Part shown: one piece after another, positions 21,412 to 30,057 of the stretch
Position numbering within the stretch: position 1 is the first letter of the stretch
Layout: the number at the start of each line of letters is the position of its first letter
From: Candidatus Poribacteria bacterium
GTDB taxonomy: Bacteria; Poribacteria; WGA-4E; PCPOR2b
Direction: 5' to 3'
DNA length: 64,000 nucleotides
Assembly (NCBI GenBank): GCA_965218095.1
Contig: OZ244587.1
Location: 4,480,001-4,544,000, forward strand
The notes under the pieces: generated by a model
The model's database searches: none
What the model was told of the DNA's origin: nothing
Seen by the model: only the letters and a program-made list of their open reading frames with translations
Program-made: the position numbers and the translations under genes

Positions 21412-21446
21412 TTAGAAACCGAGTTTTTGCCAAAAACTCGGTTTCT
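21412..21446. repeat. REP-like palindrome
   Basis: AGAAACCGAGTTTTT-GCC-AAAAACTCGGTTTCT. Confidence 0.55.
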
Positions 21447-21547
21447 CCTCACTGACCAACCGGTTAATGATTTCTGCCGACGTGTACTAATTTCATAATA
21501 GAACTCTTGATGTCTAATTTAACATTGTCAAGATAGGAGGATAAAAA

Positions 21548-21805
21548 ATGACTTACGTTATCACCGAGCCCTGTATTGATGTCAAGGATACTGCTTGTGT
21601 TGATGTTTGCCCTGTTGACTGCATTCATCCAACTTTAGCTGATGACAGATTTGAAGAGGTACAACAGCTTTACATTGATCCTGAAGAGTGCATCGATTGC
21701 GCTGTATGTGAACCGGAATGTCCGGTCGAGGCGATTTTCATGGATGAGGATGTTCCGGAAGAATGGGAGCGCTTCACCCAGATAAACGCTGACTTTTTCC
21801 AATAA
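21548..21805 (+). CDS. Ferredoxin (7Fe/8Fe, FdxA-like)
   Basis: MTYVITEPC...CVDVCPVDCI and CIDCAVCEPECPV; strong RBS. Confidence 0.92.
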   Translation: MTYVITEPCIDVKDTACVDVCPVDCIHPTLADDRFEEVQQLYIDPEECIDCAVCEPECPVEAIFMDEDVPEEWERFTQINADFFQ

Positions 21806-21820
21806 TAACGACTTGTACTA

Positions 21821-22640
21821 GGTTCTGTTGACATTTCAAGGGAGCCATATAAGAGTGGAGACAAAGCTGAGAAATCCAAAATAACGGATAGCTAACTTCT
21901 CGAACCGAGAGAAGATGCGGCGATACCATTTTATCTTGTTAATGAAACATTCAACCCGATGTCTCTCTTTGTACAGATGTTTGTCGTAATCTCTTTGATC
22001 CACACGATGACTTTTTGGCGGTATCACCGCAATCGCTCCATTCGCCTCAATAACCGCGATAAAATTGTCGGAGTCATATCCCTTGTCTCCAATCACATAC
22101 TCGCTTTTATATCCAAGTATCAACGCTTCTGCTTCCGCTATGTCGTTTCTTTGACCGGGCGTCAGATGTATTCTTAGGGGATTACCCAGGCCGTCAACTG
22201 TGATGTGAATTTTTGTACTGAATCCCCCGCGAGAGCGACCTAACGCTTGGTTTTCAGTGCCACCCTTTTTTTTTCGGCACCTGCCGCACACGGGTGCGCT
22301 CGAATGATTGTACTGTCCACAATAAGCGACTCGATATCGGGGTCGGCGGCGAAGTGGTGGTGCATCTGTGTGAAGATACCTTTGTCGCACCACCGAGCAA
22401 ACCGCTTATAGAGGGTGTTCGATTTACCATAGGTGTCTGGCAGAAGTCTCCATTGAGCACCGCTACGGGTCGCCCAGAGAACAGCTTCGATAAAGCGGCG
22501 TGTTGTCGCTTCGTTGCCAACATAGATGTTGGGACAAGTTAGAAGAAACGAGTATATCTTTTTCCATTGGTCATCGGGTAAGGTTATTGGCATCATTCTT
22601 CTATTATGCCACAACCTTATACTCAAATGTCAACAGAACC
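21821..22640 (-). mobile_element. IS5-family element, copy 2; two ORFs joined by an A9GGG slippery site
   Basis: Same TIRs and TA duplication as copy 1; ORFs 22240..22626 and 21836..22393. Confidence 0.93.
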
Positions 22641-22867
22641 TAGCACAAGTCGTTATTATATGTATTGGTCAGGAAGATGGTAGACATTATCTCCTACAAT
22701 TTGCGGCTTGGATTTGGCGAGCAAAAGTGTCGATTATCCTATTAACCATTACACTTTTTCCAATAATAACGCTCTTCAAAACCTCAAACGGGTGGTGACT
22801 GGAGCCTTGCATTCTGATTCGGCTCAAATCGCCACCCGTTTTTGAAATGTCGAAAAGTAGACCGTAA

Positions 22868-23191
22868 GTGACACCCCAACCAACCCAGATTAGGCGCCTG
22901 CCAGACGCAATTGCTGTTGAATGGTATGATGGGCATCGCAGCGAATATTCCTATCAACTGTTACGCCAGGAGTGCCCATGTGCGCGCTGCAAATCAGCAA
23001 AACCGGATAAAAACCCGCTCAGACTGTTACCTGCCAACCAGTTTTTGAAAAACCTCAAAGTCATTGATATACAGCTTGTCGGTCGTTATGCAATTCGGTT
23101 GACTTGGAATGACAGACACAAGACAGGCATCTATACATTTGAATTTCTACGCTCGCTCGACCCAACCCCAACGGAGGCACCAACAGGTTGA
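22868..23191 (+). CDS. DUF971 (GBBH-like N-terminal) protein
   Basis: W.DGH, LRQECPCARC and VGRYAI...W.D.H.TGIYTF motifs. Confidence 0.85.
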   Translation: MTPQPTQIRRLPDAIAVEWYDGHRSEYSYQLLRQECPCARCKSAKPDKNPLRLLPANQFLKNLKVIDIQLVGRYAIRLTWNDRHKTGIYTFEFLRSLDPTPTEAPTG

Positions 23192-23464
23192 CTACCTGTC
23201 TGCTATCAAACGGGGGAGTGATGGAGTCATCGGCTCGGTCACGGTGATGCGCCAATACACCATGACTCCAACACTCCAATGCCCTAATCCCTTGCCAACG
23301 CAGGATTCTTACGCCGAACTCACGTTATATTAGAAAGGGACAAAGACGAAGAGGGGACAGAAATGGGATCTTGACGGCAGCCATGGGCATCAATCTCCAC
23401 AATAATCGAAGAAGAGCCGATGATACGGGGCCCGGTGTTATAACCTTCCCAAGTGATTCCGTCA

Positions 23465-24352
23465 TTATCCAATGCCGATTTCGCGCAAAAAATTCCTGTT
23501 GCGCTTGGCGATAGGCATAGGCTTATCAAACGGGCAGGGATACATATCCTGTTCAACGATGGCAACCCCGTTGTAATCGACTTCCTTAAGGACCTCTGCG
23601 AAGACCCGGAAATCGACCACTCCACAACTAAGTTCGCAGAACATGTCAATCTCAACCGCCTTGGCGAAGGAAATCCCTTCCCGCCTTATCTCATCGCGCA
23701 CCTCCAAGTCTACGCTCTTGATGTGTAGATAGGGGATCCGATGATGCCATTTTCGCATAAACTCTACCGGATCACCGTCACAGTATGCATGGTGACCGGT
23801 ATCTAGACACACGTCGACCAGGTCCGTATCGGTATCTTCCAGATAGCGTTCCATCTGTTCGGTATTCTGAACATGGGTGTCGGTATGAGGGTGCAGCACG
23901 GCCTTCATACCAAAACGGTCCCTCACAATTTCGGCACAACGGTTGGTGTGATCGATAAACCGTTTCCAGCCGTCTTCATCCAGGTTGGCGGGTTGTAACT
24001 GCTTGCCCGTGAAGAGATCTGTATAGGGCAGGCCGATCAGCATATGATACTTGGCGCCGAATGCTGACGCCACCTCACAGGCCCCGATCGTTTCCGCTTC
24101 CATATCAGGCCATTTTTCAGGATTAGAAAAATCTTGAAACGTAAAGCCCGCCTCCAGACGAAGATGACGCTTCTCCAGTTCTTTGCCCAGAACATCCGGG
24201 TCGGTGGGGAAATATCCAAATGGACCAAGCTCGGTGATATCATAGCCGGCTTCAGCGCATTCATCAAGATAGCGCTCCCACGGTATCTGCTTGGGATCAC
24301 TGGGAAACCAGACTCCCCAATTGTCGGGCGCTGTACCGATATCAACTTTCAT
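23465..24352 (-). CDS. IolE-like sugar phosphate isomerase/dehydratase (TIM barrel)
   Basis: APDNWG, ELGPFGY, HPH, DTGH and VEQD motifs; downstream of iolD. Confidence 0.8.
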   Translation of the reverse strand: MKVDIGTAPDNWGVWFPSDPKQIPWERYLDECAEAGYDITELGPFGYFPTDPDVLGKELEKRHLRLEAGFTFQDFSNPEKWPDMEAETIGACEVASAFGAKYHMLIGLPYTDLFTGKQLQPANLDEDGWKRFIDHTNRCAEIVRDRFGMKAVLHPHTDTHVQNTEQMERYLEDTDTDLVDVCLDTGHHAYCDGDPVEFMRKWHHRIPYLHIKSVDLEVRDEIRREGISFAKAVEIDMFCELSCGVVDFRVFAEVLKEVDYNGVAIVEQDMYPCPFDKPMPIAKRNRNFLREIGIG

Positions 24353-24389
24353 TGTTCATCCTCACATGGTTGGAATTTTTTGATCTTTT

Positions 24390-26274
24390 TCAGTAATAGA
24401 AACGCTGGAGTTCTTTGACTTCCTGCTCATATTGGCGGCGTAGTTTAGTTGTGACCGGATCGCCGGAAACTTCAGCCACTCCAACATCCCACCACATCTC
24501 AGAGCCTGGTGGGTAACGCTTGGCACTCGTTTCAGCCACGATCACGCATGTGCGCTTTTCGCGGCGGGCCGCACGCAGCGCTGAGCGAAGCTCTTTCTCG
24601 GTACGGACCTGCCAAGCTCGGGATCCAAAACCCTCCGCCGTTTTGACGTAGTCTACCTTGATGTAGTCCCCCTCCAGACGGTTGCTTTTGGAATCCCGGC
24701 AACGGAATTCATTACCAAAAGACCGACCTGCGCGGTGCAACTGGTGAGCGAGGATACACTGGAAGCCATGATTGTCGGCCACGATTAACGTGATTTTCTG
24801 TTTCTCCTGAAGGCAAGTTACGAGTTCCGTCGGGTTCATCAGGTAGGTTCCATCGCCCAGGAAAACGAAAACCTCACCCTTCGGTTGCGCCAATCGAGTG
24901 CCCAGCCCCGCCGGTATCTCGTATCCCATGCACGAGTAACCGAATTCCAGCAGGCACCGCCGTCGTTGGGTGGTGTCCCAGATTTTGAAGGCATTGCTCA
25001 GCAACCCACTGGAAGCACCCACCGATGAATTACCGGGCTTTGATTCCTCATACACGGTTCTGACCAGAAGGCCCTCGTTCATCGGCTCTCCCGGAAATTC
25101 GCGGTAGGCTTCACGTTTCATCTTATTCTCCCAGGCCGTTCGCTCTCGCTCGACACGTTGGAGATACTCCGGATTGGGTTTGATCCCTGCCTTTCGTGCC
25201 ACATGGGTAAGCGCCCGCAATCCGTCGCGTGCGTCGGCCAGGATGGGCAGCGCTCCGATTTTGTAAGCATCACTGGCGTTGACATTGATGTGAACAAATC
25301 GTACGCGGGGATGCTGAAACAACGCCATCGAACCAGTCGTAAAGTCGGTCAGCCGTGTTCCCACACAGATCACCAAGTCGGCACGGCTGATAACCTTGGA
25401 ACAGATGGCATTGCCCTGCACCCCTTGTGCTCCCAAGAACGTTGGCGCATCTTTGCGCATTGCTCCCTTACCAGCGATCGTTTCCCCCACCGGAATGCCA
25501 AATGTCGTTGAAAATTTGTGAAGTTCATCCCATGCGCCTGAATAAATCACACCACCTCCGGCAATGATCACGGGGGTTTTGGCCTTTGCTAACCACTGCA
25601 CTGCTTCCTCGACGTCACGTGATTCAGGCTGGTGCCGCTGAATCCGCCAAACCCTCGTTGCAAAGAAATGAGCCGGATAATCATAGGCTTGAACCTGGAC
25701 GTCCTGTGGCAGCGATAGTGTCACGACACCGGTATCAGCGGGATCGGTCAGCACGCGCATCGCTGTGGGAAGGGCTGTGAGGATCTGCTCGGGCCGAGAA
25801 ATCCGGTCAAAAAAACGGCTGACCGGCCGAAAGCAGTCGTTCACACTCAGATCACCTGACACCGGATGTTCCAACTGCTGCAGCACGGTGCCCTGGTGTC
25901 GGGTGGCATAGTAGTCCGAGGGTAACAGAAGAACCGGTAACCGGTTGATGGTTGCCCCTGCGGCTGCGGTCAGCATGTTTGTCGAACCCGGCCCTACCGA
26001 CGCCGTGCAGGCGAATGTGGACAATCTTAGCATAACCCGCTGCGGTGTGTACCTGTGATTGCTCGTTGCAGGGCTGATAGTAGGGCAAATCCTTCTCATA
26101 CTCATACAGTCCCTGTGCCAGTCCGCTGACGTTTCCATGGCCGAAAATGCCGAACATGCCTCGGATCAAGCGATGGCGTTCGTCATCCTGTTCACTGTAC
26201 TGTACGGATAAATACTTGACGATCGCCTGTCCCATCGTTAGACGAATCGTTTTTTGGTTCCCGTTTTTCGCCAT
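24390..26274 (-). pseudogene. iolD: THcHDO hydrolase IolD, frameshifted near 26025
   Basis: IRLTMGQAIVKYL, IFGHGNV and NEQ in one frame; SVGPGSTNM and GYSCMGYEI in another. Confidence 0.85.
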
Positions 26275-26445
26275 TGGTATATCTCCTGATTTAGAAATTT
26301 AAATAATTCGTTGGTTTGAGTCCCACCACAGATTGTATCCGGCCTTTTTCCCAAAAGGCCAGTTCAAGATTATATCTGCTAAAAACTCCAATTCGTATCG
26401 GCCGTAAAATAGATTCTATGGGCTCTGGAATCGACTTTACTCAAT

Positions 26446-26606
26446 TTTCAGGTTTCGGATGTCAGGGGGCGGTGAGTGGGCGAACAAGCCTGCTTCGAGC
26501 TTGGCAAAGCCGATGCCGATCCTACGAAAGACAGACGCTTGCTCGGTGGAGTCCTCTGACGGAACCAGCTCTCGTCTTACGTTTTCCTGAACACCGAAAC
26601 CTGAAA
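26446..26606. mobile_element. MITE-like element with about 21-bp terminal inverted repeats
   Basis: TTTCAGGTTTCGGATGTCAGG ... CCTGAACACCGAAACCTGAAA. Confidence 0.45.
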
Positions 26607-26638
26607 CCTCAAAATGGAATACAATCGCTAGTGTTCTG

Positions 26639-27577
26639 TCAACTTTGATTAGATGGAAATGATTTAAAATCGCAGATCGCGTGCCGAAAAACGACGATTT
26701 TCGATCCGTTCTCGAAAATCATCTTAATTTCGTACCGGCTAACCCAATCGACCAACCCACGAAACATTTCTCCTTCCTGCATTGTGACTGCGATTAGATA
26801 CCGATTGCGTCGGGCATGTAGAATCGCTCGCGTATTGATATCGTAACGTTTTTTTCGTTGTATAATCGGCTTTAATTTCTGCCCTTTGATCTCCTTGTTA
26901 TAGCACATGACCGATTGTACCTGTTCAGCATCCTCCGCTTTGTAACAGTATTTGACATCCGTTTTCGGAAGTTCGTGCATCTCATCTTCTCCTTGTAAAA
27001 CGAGATCGTATTTGCTGAATTCGCTAACTGTCACCGGGAGCAGTGCACGATTATACAATCCAAAAAACATGGGTGTTTGAAGCCGTATCTGCTTTTGTAT
27101 GTAGAGATCACCGAAGGTTGGTCGTTCAGCCGACCTGGACTCTGATTTTGGTTTGGGCTGCACCTTTGATTTGGAAGGGCACGGAGGGGAAGGTTTCTGA
27201 TCTGGAGAATTTTCGATCTGCTCAGATTCGGCTGTTTTGACACTGGAAGCCTCCGGATTCTGTTGGGGCGGTACAGATGACTTCACCTCAACACTGCTGT
27301 CCTGCTGTTGGGGCGGGGTATAGTCACGAGGTATAATAACCTTACCCTGGCTCAGTCGCTTCTGCTCAAGCGGGGTGAGCAGGACCTTTGCGTTCTGCGC
27401 TACAGGTCCTTGGTTGCCCATGACAACCTCATATTTGACACGCTGCCCCACATGAGCCTCATCGTATCCCCCCGTAATCGCAGATATGTGCAGAAAAACA
27501 TCAGCTTCGCCGCTATCTTGAGCGATGAACCCATAGCCTTTGTCTGAGTTATAATATTTGATTCGTCCCGTTGGCAT
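26639..27577 (-). CDS. Cold-shock domain protein fused to two Hfq/Sm-like domains
   Basis: KGYGFI and VFLHISAI RNP motifs; P/Q/S-rich linker; C-terminal VVFRHAI resembles Hfq YKHAI. Confidence 0.75.
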   Translation of the reverse strand: MPTGRIKYYNSDKGYGFIAQDSGEADVFLHISAITGGYDEAHVGQRVKYEVVMGNQGPVAQNAKVLLTPLEQKRLSQGKVIIPRDYTPPQQQDSSVEVKSSVPPQQNPEASSVKTAESEQIENSPDQKPSPPCPSKSKVQPKPKSESRSAERPTFGDLYIQKQIRLQTPMFFGLYNRALLPVTVSEFSKYDLVLQGEDEMHELPKTDVKYCYKAEDAEQVQSVMCYNKEIKGQKLKPIIQRKKRYDINTRAILHARRNRYLIAVTMQEGEMFRGLVDWVSRYEIKMIFENGSKIVVFRHAICDFKSFPSNQS

Positions 27578-27699
27578 CTTTTTCTCTCCGTTGGGTTAAA
27601 GGATTTCTTACTGCAACGTAAGCGGTTTAGGAATTATATCATGCCTTGTTCCTTTTAGGGAATAAAAAAACAAGGTGGGGATGGTTTATCCTTTGCTAA

Positions 27700-28434
27700 T
27701 CAAGGGCTGTTCCGACGCATGATACTCAATGTCTGTCCTGTCATACCACTGTTGGGCGGCTGTGCTGCGAGGAAGACTGCCGCGGTAACAACCTGCTCCG
27801 GTGCCTTCCACGGATCGCTGGCAGCCCGGAAGGTCTCGGCCTTTTCCCATCCGGGACGTGAAAGTTCAGTCTTCACGGGACCGGGGATGAGGATATTGGC
27901 GACGATGCCATCTTGCCATACTTCCTGTGCGATGGCCTGTGTTAGTCCATGCAGCGCGAATTTGGTGGCACAGTATACGCTGAGATTTGCGTGTCCGACC
28001 TGTCCCATACCAGAGCCCACGTTGATGATGTTCCCTCGCTGTTGGCGTTTCATGGTCGGCAAGACAGCACGGCAGCAGTGAACGACCCCCATGACGTTGA
28101 TTTGCCATCCAAATTCCCAATCTTCGTTGGTCGATTCCAAAAACCGACCGCCTGGATTGACCCCGGCGTTGTTCACAAGGATGTCGATTTGTCCAAACCG
28201 ATCCATCGTTCGCCTAGCAAGATTTTCGACTGCTGACTGCACCCGTACATCTGTTGGGACAGCGAGGGCTTCACCACCGTCTACCTGGATTTCATCCGCG
28301 ACAGCGTCAATCTGATCGGCACTGTGTGCGGCAATGACCACTTTCGCCCCTTCGCTTGCGTAGCCGATAGCGATCGCCCTGCCGATGCCGCGTCCGCCGC
28401 CGGTGATGATCGCGACTTTGTCTTCGAGCTGCAT
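27700..28434 (-). CDS. SDR family oxidoreductase
   Basis: TGGGRGIG, NNAG and YCATK motifs. Confidence 0.92.
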   Translation of the reverse strand: MQLEDKVAIITGGGRGIGRAIAIGYASEGAKVVIAAHSADQIDAVADEIQVDGGEALAVPTDVRVQSAVENLARRTMDRFGQIDILVNNAGVNPGGRFLESTNEDWEFGWQINVMGVVHCCRAVLPTMKRQQRGNIINVGSGMGQVGHANLSVYCATKFALHGLTQAIAQEVWQDGIVANILIPGPVKTELSRPGWEKAETFRAASDPWKAPEQVVTAAVFLAAQPPNSGMTGQTLSIMRRNSP

Positions 28435-28469
28435 CGAATGTCCTTTCCTCTACAAATTTACAAGCATTT

Positions 28470-28982
28470 CTACCACTCGTCCCATCTGATGGCTTCCAGA
28501 TCTTTGGTCCGGATCATTGAGATTCTGTCGGATCTTCCGGATCTACTGTAAACCTTATATCTTGCCGCTTTTGCAGAAGAAACCATGCTATCCGGGTCAA
28601 CAACTTGTTCGACCAACGCGATTAAATCAAGGCGCTTTACAATCACAAACGTATCGATTTTTTCGACGGCTATCAGATCTGCCTTGCCATCGTAAAGCCA
28701 ACCCCGATCGTAGTTTCTCACGCCGTGCAACTCCACCCAGAACCAGGTATCTTGGACACGCGAATCAATACGACGGATCTTTTTTCGCGCCTTCACATCA
28801 ACCCTGAACTTCTTGGCAGGCTTCTCAATCAAGAAATCCCAATGTTGATGAATATTTGCATGGGCTGATGCTTTCGTGACCTTCCACCCTTTCATTTCGG
28901 CAAGTTGAACGAAGATATCTTCCGCCTCATCCCCTCTTTCCAATGAATCACCTCTATCATATCGATTACGTCTCGTGTCCAT
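28470..28982 (-). CDS. PD-(D/E)xK nuclease, putative restriction endonuclease
   Basis: E...HWDFLI...VDVKARK pattern; directly downstream of a DNA MTase. Confidence 0.6.
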   Translation of the reverse strand: MDTRRNRYDRGDSLERGDEAEDIFVQLAEMKGWKVTKASAHANIHQHWDFLIEKPAKKFRVDVKARKKIRRIDSRVQDTWFWVELHGVRNYDRGWLYDGKADLIAVEKIDTFVIVKRLDLIALVEQVVDPDSMVSSAKAARYKVYSRSGRSDRISMIRTKDLEAIRWDEW

Positions 28983-28995
28983 GACCAATCCTTCT

Positions 28996-29784
28996 TTAGA
29001 GTTGTAATAGCGGCTGATGAACCTTTGCCTCCTCAAGCAACCTTTTTCGAGCGAGATCGCAGTAGCTCTCGTCAAAGTCAATGCCTATCCCCTTGCGATT
29101 GTTTTGAAAACAAGCAATCAGCGTAGTTCCACTCCCCAAGAAAGGATCTAAAACCGTATCGCCAACAAAACTGAACAGTCTGATACATCTGTTTGGGAGT
29201 TCGGTCGGGAAGGGGGCAGGGTGCCCGACCCGCTTTTTACTCTCACCGCTGAAAGTCCATACACCGTTTGTCCATTCCAAAAATTCCTCACGAATGATGT
29301 CAGATTCTCTGCTTCCCCCTTGTTTTTTCCATACTGCTTTATACAAGACGACAATCACCTCAACAGGGGCGATGACGTAGGGCGCTGATGCACTCAACCA
29401 GGACCCCCACGCCGTTCGTCTTGAGATATTCTGCTCATTCCAGATGATGGTCGAATGATATTTCCAGCCAATCTCTTTTGCAACTGTTGTAATATCGGCA
29501 CAAACGCTTTGCTGCCCGCCTTTATTCTTATCAAGTGGAATGTTAAGACAGAACCGACCATCAGGCTTCGCCATCTGATAGCATTTCTTTATCCATTCCC
29601 TTGAAAAGTTCAGATAATCTTGATATGTCATTTGATCATCATGGGTACCGTATTGAATATCCACATTATAGGGTGGGGAGGTGATGATCAGATCGACAGA
29701 TTCTTCGGGGACACAATCCGTTGTCAGAATATCATCCTTGTAAATCCATAAAGTGTCTGTATGAAAAAAGAGCTTATCCGTCAT
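28996..29784 (-). CDS. Site-specific DNA methyltransferase (beta class, N4C/N6A)
   Basis: TSPPY, HPAPFP and VLDPFLGSGTT motifs. Confidence 0.92.
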   Translation of the reverse strand: MTDKLFFHTDTLWIYKDDILTTDCVPEESVDLIITSPPYNVDIQYGTHDDQMTYQDYLNFSREWIKKCYQMAKPDGRFCLNIPLDKNKGGQQSVCADITTVAKEIGWKYHSTIIWNEQNISRRTAWGSWLSASAPYVIAPVEVIVVLYKAVWKKQGGSRESDIIREEFLEWTNGVWTFSGESKKRVGHPAPFPTELPNRCIRLFSFVGDTVLDPFLGSGTTLIACFQNNRKGIGIDFDESYCDLARKRLLEEAKVHQPLLQL

Positions 29785-29898
29785 ATATTACCCATTAAGG
29801 AAAATCCTCTATCCTTCTCTTCCCTTATTGAAACTCTTCAAGTTTTTTGCAAAAGTTAGCACGACTGGACTTGTTACGTTTCAGGTTTGACAGTATTA

Positions 29899-30057
29899 GG
29901 TTCTGTTGACATTTGACGGATTGAACCAATCTCCGTTCCGAGAGTCTTCGACCTGATGTGCCTTGAGGCAATTTCGGACAACTGTTTTGGTTTTTGGCGG
30001 GTCGCACGATGATTACAGCGTTTGCCGAATTCGCGACAGCGAAATGTCAACAGAACC
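29899..30057. mobile_element. 159-bp MITE with the local IS5 TIRs
   Basis: GGTTCTGTTGACATTT ... AAATGTCAACAGAACC, TA-flanked. Confidence 0.85.
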
